A stretch of DNA of 64,000 bases from a bacterium (lineage in GTDB: Bacteria; UBA8248): positions 96,001 through 160,000 of the forward strand of contig CBDBZY010000044.1 of assembly GCA_965213685.1 (NCBI GenBank), given 5' to 3'. Shown here piece by piece: positions 28,856 through 37,350 of this stretch. Under the pieces are notes generated by a model. It was not told the origin of the DNA. It saw nothing but the letters and a program-made list of their open reading frames with translations, and searched no databases. The position numbers and the translations under genes are program-made. Position 1 is the first letter of the stretch; every line of letters begins with the position of its first letter.

Positions 28856-28932
28856 CGCGCGACTCGATGATCGGCGTGGGCGACCCCCTCACGCCGGAAG
28901 GACTCGAGGAGGCGGTGCGGGCGGCGGAGGGG
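28842..28932 (+). repeat. 91-bp direct repeat copy 2 (orphan NHase alpha 3' end)
   Basis: 88/91 identical to 27974-28064; two of the three differences are synonymous (GGG CTT vs GGA CTC). Confidence 0.92.
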
Positions 28933-29081
28933 GCGCGTGGTTTCGGTTCCGTCTAAGCCGAGACGCACGAGGGAGGGCGCGCCAGTGTTGCGCGTTGCCC
29001 GCAGCTTCGCCGCCCTTTTGCCGAAGTCCATCTCCGGTGCGGGTGGGGAGGCTATAGAATGGATGCCCGAGGCGCTTTCCG

Positions 29082-30827
29082 ATGCTCACCAAACTAACCA
29101 TTCGCAACTTCAAGCGATTTGACGAGGTCGAGATTGAGCTCGGGAATCCCGTGGTGTTCATTGGTCCAAACAACTCTGGCAAGACATCCGCCATGCAGGC
29201 GCTGGCTCTTTGGGACGTCGGCCTGAAACGCTGGAACGAGAAACGCTCTGGCAAGCCTGCGCCGAAGAAGCGCTCGGGCGTCACCATCAATCGCAGGGAT
29301 ATCCTCGCCGTTCCCGTTCCGAGCGCCGCCCTTCTGTGGCGCTCGCTTCATATGCGGAATGTGCGAAAAGTGGAGGGCCGGCAACGGACGGATAACGTTC
29401 GCATCGACGTGATTGTCGAGGGAATTGTCGCGGGGGCCGAGTGGACCTGCGGACTGGAGTTCGACTATGCAAACGAGGAGTCGTTCTATTGCCGGCCCCT
29501 GGGAATCAGCGAGGCGAAGCAGCCGGCCCGGATGCCGGTTCCAGCGGAGGCCGGATCGGTGCGAACCGCCTTTCTGCCTCCGATGTCCGGCCTCGCGGCC
29601 ACTGAAACTCGGCTGGACCATGGCGCTGTAAACGTCCGGGTCGGCGAGGGGCGGACGGCCGAAGTGTTGCGCAACCTTTGCTTCCGTGTTCTGGAAAAGG
29701 ACCGCAATCAATGGAAGGTGCTAGTGGGTCAGATCAAGTCCCTGTTCGGTGCCGCACTCGATGCGCCCCGTTACGTGCAGGAGCGGGGAGAAATCACGAT
29801 GTGTTATCAGGAAGGCGGAGTCACGCTCGATATTTCCTCCAGCGGACGAGGATTGCAACAAACCCTTTTGCTCTTGGCCTATATGTATGCCAACCCCGGA
29901 GCGGTCGTCCTGCTGGACGAACCTGATGCGCATCTCGAGATGCTTCGCCAGCGTCAAATTTACAAGCTGCTGACCGACACGGCTTCGGAGAGCGGCAGCC
30001 AGGTCATCGCAGCCAGCCATTCGGAAGTGCTTCTGAACGAAGCCGCCGAAAGAGATATGGTTATTGCGTTCGTCGGTCAGCCGCATCGGCTCGAGGGCAG
30101 CACGAGCCAGGTGCGCAAGGCACTTTCCAGCATCGGTTTCGACCAATATTCCCAGGGCAAGCAAACCGGGTGGGTTCTTTATCTCGAAGGTCCGACGGAT
30201 TTGGCGATATTGCAGGCTTTCGCCAAGCGTCTTGGGCACGATAAGGCTGTGCGGGCACTTGAGCGGCCCTTCGTACATTACGTCGGCAACCAGCCAAACA
30301 AGGCGCAAGAACATTACTTTGGGCTTAGGGAAACACTCCCAAAAGTTTTGGGTGTGGTCCTGTTTGACCGTCTCGACGGCGAGGTGCTGGAACATCCCCC
30401 GCTTCGACTCTTGTTCTGGAGGAGACGGGAGATCGAAAACTACTTTTGCACTCAGGCGACACTGGAAGCCTATGCGCGCGCATCCGCACCCGAAGACCAG
30501 CCCATGCCGCTGTTTACGCATGTGGAGATCAAGAAGCGGTTAGGTGCTATGCGCGAGGCCATGACCGAGGTGGAGAAGGCCATGGAAACGCTGGGCAAGG
30601 GATCGCCCTGGGATACCAGCGCGAAGGTGAGCGACGAGTTCCTGACTCCGCTCTTCCATGCGTATTTTCAAAAACTCAATCTAGAAAATCTTATGAGCAA
30701 GAGAAGTTTTTACGCGCTTGCCGATTATGTCCCCGAAGAGGAAATCGACCCCGAAATTCGTGAAAAGCTCGACAAGATAGTAGCCGTGGCGGAAAGGGCG
30801 ACGCGAGGGATTGAATATTCTTCCTGA
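29082..30827 (+). CDS. ABC-type AAA ATPase with C-terminal TOPRIM-like domain (OLD/AbiEii-like)
   Basis: IRNFKRF, GPNNSGKT, SSSGRG, LLDEPDAHL, ASHS; YLEGPTD, LFDRLD, RREIENY; more AT-rich codon usage than flanks. Confidence 0.85.
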   Translation: MLTKLTIRNFKRFDEVEIELGNPVVFIGPNNSGKTSAMQALALWDVGLKRWNEKRSGKPAPKKRSGVTINRRDILAVPVPSAALLWRSLHMRNVRKVEGRQRTDNVRIDVIVEGIVAGAEWTCGLEFDYANEESFYCRPLGISEAKQPARMPVPAEAGSVRTAFLPPMSGLAATETRLDHGAVNVRVGEGRTAEVLRNLCFRVLEKDRNQWKVLVGQIKSLFGAALDAPRYVQERGEITMCYQEGGVTLDISSSGRGLQQTLLLLAYMYANPGAVVLLDEPDAHLEMLRQRQIYKLLTDTASESGSQVIAASHSEVLLNEAAERDMVIAFVGQPHRLEGSTSQVRKALSSIGFDQYSQGKQTGWVLYLEGPTDLAILQAFAKRLGHDKAVRALERPFVHYVGNQPNKAQEHYFGLRETLPKVLGVVLFDRLDGEVLEHPPLRLLFWRRREIENYFCTQATLEAYARASAPEDQPMPLFTHVEIKKRLGAMREAMTEVEKAMETLGKGSPWDTSAKVSDEFLTPLFHAYFQKLNLENLMSKRSFYALADYVPEEEIDPEIREKLDKIVAVAERATRGIEYSS

Positions 30828-30914
30828 GATGCGCCGTTGCCCCGGGTCTGGCCATGGGTCGCGTGGCGGAATCCGCCGTCGGTGGGTGGCGTTTTCGCAT
30901 CAAGGGGTGCCCCC

Positions 30915-31829
30915 TTACGGCGCCTGGGCGTCCGAGTAGTCGGCCCGCTCCTTGTCCCGATAGTCTTCCATGAGGTTCTGGCCGCCTTCCCTGGCGAGTC
31001 GTATCGCCAGGATGGGCGCGGGGACGTCCGGGCGCCATTTCGTGGCTTCCGGCGGCTCGGGCCACGCATAGGGCAGATGCCGGTAGGCGTTGGGCGCCCG
31101 CGCCTCCTCGAGGAGCGCCGCCATGTCCTCGCAAATCCTGCGCTGGCCGTCGTAATCGCCCACGAGGCCGAGTTGCCGCCCGAAGGGATATTGCACGAAG
31201 ACGGCCCTGGGAACGCAGACGCGCTCGGTGGTCTCGGGCACGTTGGAGATGATGACGGTGGGAATGCCCGCCTTTTCGATCTCACGCTGGAGCAGTCCGC
31301 CGGACCGGTTGCACAGGGGTCAGACCGGATACAGAAAAGCCGCGTCCACGCCCTCGTCTTTCATCTTCCCGATCATCCGGGGCGCCGTCCGCTTCACGAG
31401 CGGGTGGAAGTTCGGGATGTAGCCCATGATGGAATACAGCGTGTCGGCAAGGGCGCCGATTCTCCCCTCCCGCTCGAAGTCCAGAAAAATGTCCACCGGC
31501 CAGGCCACGTTTCTGTCTTCCGCCATGAACGAGGTGTCGACGTGCAGATGGGAATACGCGACGTCGTCCTGGCCCGCCGTCCTGGGAATCTCCCGATGGG
31601 TGGGGTCTCCCCACGTGCCCTCGCGCCGCTCTCTTTCGTAGTCGAAGGAGAGGTCGTTTTTCATGAAGATGCCGGCGGTGGAAACCAGGGTGACCCTGCA
31701 TTCGGCGAGAGGTTTTCGCATCGGCGTCCAGGGCGTCTTGGCCGGGTCCGACTGGCGCTGGGCGAGGACGCGCTCGCGCGAGTCCGGGTGAAAATAGAAT
31801 CCGTCGACCTTTTCGATCTGCATGGTCAT
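30915..31829 (-). CDS. PrdB/GrdB-family selenoprotein (304 aa, Sec at UGA 31320-31322)
   Basis: ORFs 31320-31829 and 30915-31241 are in one frame; readthrough gives FLYPV-U-PLCNRSGGLLQREIEKAGIPTV; KPLAECRVTLVSTAG, GDPTHREIP, DRNVAWP family motifs. Confidence 0.85.
31293..31307 (-). promoter_or_regulatory. Candidate bacterial SECIS hairpin
   Basis: CGGUCC-GGC-GGACUG stem-loop with G-containing loop, starting 12 nt after the in-frame UGA. Confidence 0.6.
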
Positions 31830-31867
31830 CCTCGAGGCGGGAGTGGGGAGGCGAGAGCGGGCGCCGC

Positions 31868-33142
31868 TCAGGCGGCGGTCTCCCCCCTCTTATCTTTTTT
31901 CAGCCGCCCGAGCAACAGCGCGAAGACGCCGCAGAGAAAGAACATGAGGGCGAAGACCGACAGGCCCGGCAGATAGGAGCCTTGCCAGTCGAACAGGGCG
32001 CCCGTCGCCCACGGGCCCGCTGAGCCCAGGAGGGCGAACGCCATCATCGCCACCCCGTTCACGCGCCCGAAGCCGGGGCCTTCGAAATAGTCCGCGAGAA
32101 TGGCCGAGCCGGTGGGCCGCATGAGACCGAGGGCGGCGCCGTTGGCTATCGTTCCGAGGTAGAAGCGGATTTCGGGGTCGCCCCGCTCGTAGACGCCCAG
32201 GGAGAGGGCGGAGAGCGCGCCCAGGGCCGCGCCGATGAGGAACGTCGGCACCCGCCCCAGCCTGTCGGAAACCGGGCTGACGAGGTTGGCCCCCACCTGG
32301 CAGAGCCCCCATATGGCGAACAGGACGCTCGCGGCCTCGAGGGAGAAGCCCTGGTCGGTGGCGTGGGGCACCAGATGAACGAGCATCCCCGCGAAGGCGT
32401 AGGCCATGGGCAAGAACGAGCCCAGAAAGAGGAAGAAGGGCAGGCTGCGCAAGGAGACGCGGGCGTCGCCGGATGGTGGGGACGCCCGCGTCGCCTCTTG
32501 CGCGTCCGGTGCGTCCTGCGCGAAGGCGGCGTCGGCGACGGTGCCTTTGTCCGCGGGATGGTCCCTGTGAAAAACGGCGCAGACCGGGAGCACGAGGAGC
32601 AGAACCACGCCCGCGAGTGCCAGGTAGCTCATCCGCCAGCCCAGGGCCGCGATGAGGTAGGGGGTTGCGATGTTCAGGGCGAAGGCTCCGCCCTGGGCGG
32701 TGTTGACGACGCCGAGTGCCAGCCCCCTTTTCTTCACGAACCAGTTGGAGAGCGTGGGCACCTGGGCGACCCACGTGCCCGCGGCGAAGCCCGCGCACAG
32801 GCCTGCGTACATCAGGTAAAACTGCCAGAGCGAGGCGATCCGGCTTCCGAGCAGCAGGGAGAGGCCGAACACCAGAACGCCCGCCGACATCGAACCCCGG
32901 ATGCTCCAGCGGTCGGAGAGAATCCCCGCCAGCGGCGAGACGACCGCCTGGGCCAGCATCCCGATCGAGAAGGCCGCCGCCGTCGCCCCGCGGCTCCAGC
33001 CCAGCTCGCCCGAGATCTCCTTGAAGAAGGGGCCGATGGTGGCGCGAAAGGCGATGAGCGCGATCATGGCGAGATAGACCACGCCCAGGACCACCCAGCC
33101 GTACCAGAGGCGCGCCTCCTCTCGCGTCGGAGGAGAGTTCAA
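31868..33142 (-). CDS. MFS transporter (OFA/MCT-like)
   Basis: WYGWVV, GILSDRWS, NWFVKKRGLALG, about 12 TM segments. Confidence 0.9.
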   Translation of the reverse strand: MNSPPTREEARLWYGWVVLGVVYLAMIALIAFRATIGPFFKEISGELGWSRGATAAAFSIGMLAQAVVSPLAGILSDRWSIRGSMSAGVLVFGLSLLLGSRIASLWQFYLMYAGLCAGFAAGTWVAQVPTLSNWFVKKRGLALGVVNTAQGGAFALNIATPYLIAALGWRMSYLALAGVVLLLVLPVCAVFHRDHPADKGTVADAAFAQDAPDAQEATRASPPSGDARVSLRSLPFFLFLGSFLPMAYAFAGMLVHLVPHATDQGFSLEAASVLFAIWGLCQVGANLVSPVSDRLGRVPTFLIGAALGALSALSLGVYERGDPEIRFYLGTIANGAALGLMRPTGSAILADYFEGPGFGRVNGVAMMAFALLGSAGPWATGALFDWQGSYLPGLSVFALMFFLCGVFALLLGRLKKDKRGETAA

Positions 33143-33146
33143 GGCC

Positions 33147-34436
33147 CTAGCCGCACTCTGCGCGCGGCGTCCGGGAGAGGGCCGCGACGAATATCAGCCC
33201 CCCGATGAACGTGGCGCCCGCGAGCAGGAAGCCCGCGTAGTAGCTTCCGCTCGCGTCGAAGAGCATCCCCGTCGCCACCGGCCCGAGGGCGCCCACGAGC
33301 GAGAAGACCATCATCGCGCATCCGTTCACCAGGCCGAAGCCCGGCCCCGCGAAATGATCGGCCAGGAGCGAGGAGGCCGTGGGCCGGACGAAGCCGAGGG
33401 CGAAGCCCACCCCCATCGCGCCCGCGTAGATTCGCCATTCGGGCGATGCGCGCGTGAAGGCGGCGAGCAGAAAACAAGCCGCCACCCCGCATACCGCCCC
33501 GATCGCGTAGGTGGGGAGTCTCCCTATCCTGTCGGATATCGCGCTCAGGCCGTTTCCGGCGGCGAGGGCCGCCCCATACAGGGCGAAAAGCGCGGCGCCT
33601 CCCGCCGGGGAGAATCCCTGGTCCGTCGCGTGGGGGACGAGGTGCACCAGAACGGTGGTGAACACGTAGGCGATGCTACCGTATGTCCCTCCGATGAGCG
33701 CGAACCGGCGGGTGCGGAAAAAGGCGAGGGAGGCGGATTCCCGCTCCTGCGCGCGGGGGAGGATGACGGCGGCCTTGGCGCGTGCGCGGGAGAATTCCTC
33801 GGACGTCAGGAAGGGCGCGTCGGGTGCCGTGCGCTTCTCCCGGGGGTGGTCGCGCAGCAGCGCGGCGGCGAACGGCAGGAGGAGGAGGAGCACGACGCCC
33901 GCGAGGGCTAAGTAGCTCCCCCGCCAGCCGAGGCCGGCGATGAGCAGGGGGGTGAGGATGTTTAGGACGGGGGCGAAGCCCTGGGCCGCGTGCGAGAAGC
34001 CCATGGCCAGCCCGCGCTTGAGGATGAACCAGTTGGCGAGCATCTGCACTTGCGGCAGGTTGGCCGTGAAGGCGAAGCCCACGGAGAGGAAAAAATACAT
34101 GGCGTAAAAATGCCAGAGCGCGCCGATGTAGGCCCCGATGATGAGGGAAGTCCCGTTCACGAAGATGCCCGCCGCGATCACCCAGCGCATGTTGAAGCGC
34201 TCGAGCACCCAGCCCGCCAGGGGCGCCACCACCGCCTGGCCCAGCATCCCGACCGTGAAGGCGGCGGCCGTCTGCGCGCGGTTCCAGCCGAACTCGCCGG
34301 AGATTTCCTTGAAGAAAATCCCCAGGGAGTTCCGTATCCCGATGGTCACCGCCAGGATGATGAAAATGGCGAACAGGATGACCCATCCGTACCAGAGGCG
34401 GAGGTCTTTTCTGCTCTCGTGGCGCGAGGGGGTCAA
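33147..34436 (-). CDS. MFS transporter (OFA/MCT-like), paralog of the adjacent gene
   Basis: WYGWVI, NWFILKRGLAMG, SDRIGR; TTG start overlaps upstream TGA. Confidence 0.88.
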   Translation of the reverse strand: MTPSRHESRKDLRLWYGWVILFAIFIILAVTIGIRNSLGIFFKEISGEFGWNRAQTAAAFTVGMLGQAVVAPLAGWVLERFNMRWVIAAGIFVNGTSLIIGAYIGALWHFYAMYFFLSVGFAFTANLPQVQMLANWFILKRGLAMGFSHAAQGFAPVLNILTPLLIAGLGWRGSYLALAGVVLLLLLPFAAALLRDHPREKRTAPDAPFLTSEEFSRARAKAAVILPRAQERESASLAFFRTRRFALIGGTYGSIAYVFTTVLVHLVPHATDQGFSPAGGAALFALYGAALAAGNGLSAISDRIGRLPTYAIGAVCGVAACFLLAAFTRASPEWRIYAGAMGVGFALGFVRPTASSLLADHFAGPGFGLVNGCAMMVFSLVGALGPVATGMLFDASGSYYAGFLLAGATFIGGLIFVAALSRTPRAECG

Positions 34437-34774
34437 GGCGAGGGGTTGTCGTTGAGCGGCTGCCCCACCCAGAAGGAATAGCCGGAGTAGAACTTCTCCA
34501 CCCGCCGGATGGCGTGCGCGGAGATGCGGACGCCCTCGACCGCCACGTCCGAGACCCCCGGGTGCTGCATGAGTTTTTGCCGGACGCCCAGGGCGTAGGT
34601 GACGCTCTTGAGGGGGCAGCCGCGGCACGCGCCCTCGAAGCGGAGCGAGACCTCCCCGGCTTCGCTCACCTCCTCGAGCGCGATTCCGCCGCCGTGAATC
34701 TTGAGAAGCGGGCGAATCTGCGTCTCGATGATGCCCTCCACCTCGGCGACGAGGGCGTCGCGGCGGCGGCTCAT
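34433..34774 (-). CDS. NifU/NfuA C-terminal domain protein
   Basis: IRPLLKIHGGGI...FEGACRGCP; ATGA coupling with upstream gene. Confidence 0.88.
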   Translation of the reverse strand: MSRRRDALVAEVEGIIETQIRPLLKIHGGGIALEEVSEAGEVSLRFEGACRGCPLKSVTYALGVRQKLMQHPGVSDVAVEGVRISAHAIRRVEKFYSGYSFWVGQPLNDNPSP

Positions 34775-35799
34775 GACTCCCCTCCGCTCCACAGCTCCCG
34801 CTTTTTGGCCGCGACGTCCACCCCGAATATGCGCGCCTGGTTCAGTCCCAGTATCTGGTGCTTGTCCGCCTCGGTGATGGGGGGATACCCGTAGTCCTCC
34901 TGCATGGATTCGGGGATTTCCATCTCCCATATCCACTCGAGGACGGGCCGCGCGTTTCCCAGAAGCGCCATCTCGGAGCCCCAGAGGATTCTGTCCGACC
35001 CCACGTCGCGCAGGAGCCTGCCCATCCACTCGGTGAAGGTTCTGGGGGCGATCATGGGGGTGTGGCCGACGCCCGAGAGCACGAGGAACACGTTTTCGTA
35101 GCGGTTCGCCATCCAGACGGTCTCCTCGAAGTAGGGCACCGCCAGATGGTGGACGCCAAAGAGGAGGTCGGGGAAATCCAGGGCGGCGCCCTCGATGTCG
35201 AGGGGCGAGAGGTCGCGCAGACGCGCCCGGGTGATGGGGTTTCCCTTGTGGAACTGAAAGACCCGCACGCCGAGCGCGCGCCCTTTTTCGTAGAGGGGAT
35301 AGGCGATTTCGGGGTCGTCGCACGCCCAGGATTTCCCGTCCACGTGGGCGTTGTAGATTTTGAAGGAGCGGGCGCCCCACTCCCGCACCTGGCGCTCCAT
35401 CTCCTCGCAGGCGGCGGCCACGCTCGGGTACATCGGGTCCACGGCGCCGCAAAACAGGCAGCGCTCCGGATACGCCTGCGCGAACGCATACTGCGCCCTC
35501 ACGGGCGCGAAGCCGTCCTTGTAGAGGTCGAACAGGGGCACCGCCTGGGCCATCGCCATGTCGGTTCCCGAATCCTCGAAGACGAGGCGCCCCATCTCCT
35601 CCACGCTCCAGCGGCGCTTGAATCCCTCCACCGGGTCCCACCCCGCGTAGACGTCCGAGGGCGCCGTGCGCCTTCTGCCCAGCGCCTTGCTCACGTGGTA
35701 GTGGCGGTCGTATGCGCTCTTCGGCGAGAGGAGGTTTTCGTCCGAGTAGTCATACATGTGCACCACGTTGTCAAAAACGAAGACGTCATCGCGTATCAT
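34771..35799 (-). CDS. Amidohydrolase_2 family protein
   Basis: MIRDDVFVFDNVVH, FKIY, FHKG, VHH, RILWGSE, KHQILGLNQARIFG; GGAGG RBS. Confidence 0.85.
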   Translation of the reverse strand: MIRDDVFVFDNVVHMYDYSDENLLSPKSAYDRHYHVSKALGRRRTAPSDVYAGWDPVEGFKRRWSVEEMGRLVFEDSGTDMAMAQAVPLFDLYKDGFAPVRAQYAFAQAYPERCLFCGAVDPMYPSVAAACEEMERQVREWGARSFKIYNAHVDGKSWACDDPEIAYPLYEKGRALGVRVFQFHKGNPITRARLRDLSPLDIEGAALDFPDLLFGVHHLAVPYFEETVWMANRYENVFLVLSGVGHTPMIAPRTFTEWMGRLLRDVGSDRILWGSEMALLGNARPVLEWIWEMEIPESMQEDYGYPPITEADKHQILGLNQARIFGVDVAAKKRELWSGGES

Positions 35800-36034
35800 T
35801 GAGACGGGTCTCCTCCCTCCCCTCCGGGCTACGCCTCCCGGTCGCCAGACTAGCACAGGCCGCCCCCTCGTGTCAGATGCGGGAGAGGGGGGGGGGGGAG
35901 ACGGGGCGACGGTTTTACACGAGCGGAGGTTTTCGCGAGCGGGAAAAGGGGCGGCGCCCGTTTCGGTTGGACTTCGCCTCCCGGCCGGCGTAGAAAACCC
36001 CCTGGTTCTTTTGTTCCGCAGGGAGGAGGGTTCC

Positions 36035-36904
36035 GTGGACTGGGTGACGCTCTCCGTCATCGCGGCGGTCGGGCAGGTGTGCCGGAACGCGGCGATGAAA
36101 TCCATCGGCCACCAGCTGGATGAGTACATCAACGTGCTGGGGCGGTTTTCGCTCCTGCTCCCCTTCGCCGGGCTGGCGGTATGGATGAAGGGCGTCCCCG
36201 AGATACAGCCCGGCTTCTGGTGGATATGTCTTTTGTTCGGCTTCTCCCAGACCCTGGCCACCCTCCTGCTCTCCAAGGCGCTCCTGTATGGCTCGATGGG
36301 CGTGGTGACCTCGCTGTGGAAGCTCTCGCTCATCTGGCTGGTGGCGCTCTCCTTCCTCACGCTGGACGAGACGCCCTCGGCCTGGGGCCTCGCGGGGATC
36401 GTCCTCACCCTGGCGGGCGTCTACGGCCTGAACGTCTCGCGCGCCAAAATCGGCTGGTTCGAGCCGGTGCGCGCCCTGTTCACCGACAAGGGGATGCGCT
36501 ACACTCTGCTCTCCTCCCTGATGTACGCCCCCTCGGTCATCACCTTCAAGCAGGCGGCCGTGCTCTCCGACGGCCCCTTCGGCACGCTCGCGGCGTATGC
36601 GGCGGCGGCACTCGTGGTGTTGCCGGTCACGCTGTGGAAGTCCGCCGCGCGCTTCCGCGGCGTCCCCAGGCTCTGGAAGGGCTTCCTCTCCCTGGGACTG
36701 TTCGCCTTCATCACGAGCCTGGCCCAGGCGGAGGCCTATCGGGTCACGCTGACCTCCTATGTGGAGTCGGTGAAGCAGGTCGAGATTCTTCTCGCCATCG
36801 CCATCGGCTATCTCTTCTTCATGGAGCGCGACCGCGTCCGCGAGACCCTCCTGGGCGGCGCGGTGATTCTGGCGGGCATCGTTTTGCTGATTCTGGCGGG
36901 GTGA
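36035..36904 (+). CDS. EamA/DMT family transporter
   Basis: About 10 TM segments in two EamA-like repeats, YVESVKQVE; GTG start with GGAGG RBS. Confidence 0.85.
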   Translation: MDWVTLSVIAAVGQVCRNAAMKSIGHQLDEYINVLGRFSLLLPFAGLAVWMKGVPEIQPGFWWICLLFGFSQTLATLLLSKALLYGSMGVVTSLWKLSLIWLVALSFLTLDETPSAWGLAGIVLTLAGVYGLNVSRAKIGWFEPVRALFTDKGMRYTLLSSLMYAPSVITFKQAAVLSDGPFGTLAAYAAAALVVLPVTLWKSAARFRGVPRLWKGFLSLGLFAFITSLAQAEAYRVTLTSYVESVKQVEILLAIAIGYLFFMERDRVRETLLGGAVILAGIVLLILAG

Positions 36905-36936
36905 GCGCACAGCCGCCCCCGTCGCCCCTATCCGAA

Positions 36937-37329
36937 CTACACGATGGACTCCTCGTCCACCAGCGTTTTCGCCTTGGCATGGTCGTCCGCCGTCAGCGCG
37001 ACCGTCGCGTGGCCGGCGTGGCGATCCAGGATGTGCATGCTGCGGATGTTCACGCCCGCCTGCTTGAACCTCTCCGCCACCCTCGCGAGGGCGCCCGGCT
37101 CGTCGCGCAGCCGGATGACCATCGCCTCGTCGGTGACCGCCCGGAAGCCCGCGTTCTTCAGAACGTGCAGGGCGCGGTCCGACTCGCTGGTGGTGAGAAT
37201 GACGACGCCCTGGTCGCGGGCGTTCTCGGTGTTGAGCGCCTCGATGTTGATGCCCGCGTCGGCCAGCGCCTTGCTGATGTCCGCGATGACTCCGACCTCG
37301 TTTTTCGCCGTGATGATGATTCGGTGCAT
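36937..37329 (-). CDS. Tandem ACT-domain protein
   Basis: NEVGVIADISKALADAGINI and DEPGALARVAERFKQAGVNI. Confidence 0.9.
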   Translation of the reverse strand: MHRIIITAKNEVGVIADISKALADAGINIEALNTENARDQGVVILTTSESDRALHVLKNAGFRAVTDEAMVIRLRDEPGALARVAERFKQAGVNIRSMHILDRHAGHATVALTADDHAKAKTLVDEESIV

Positions 37330-37350
37330 CAGGAATCCTCCCTGCTGGGT

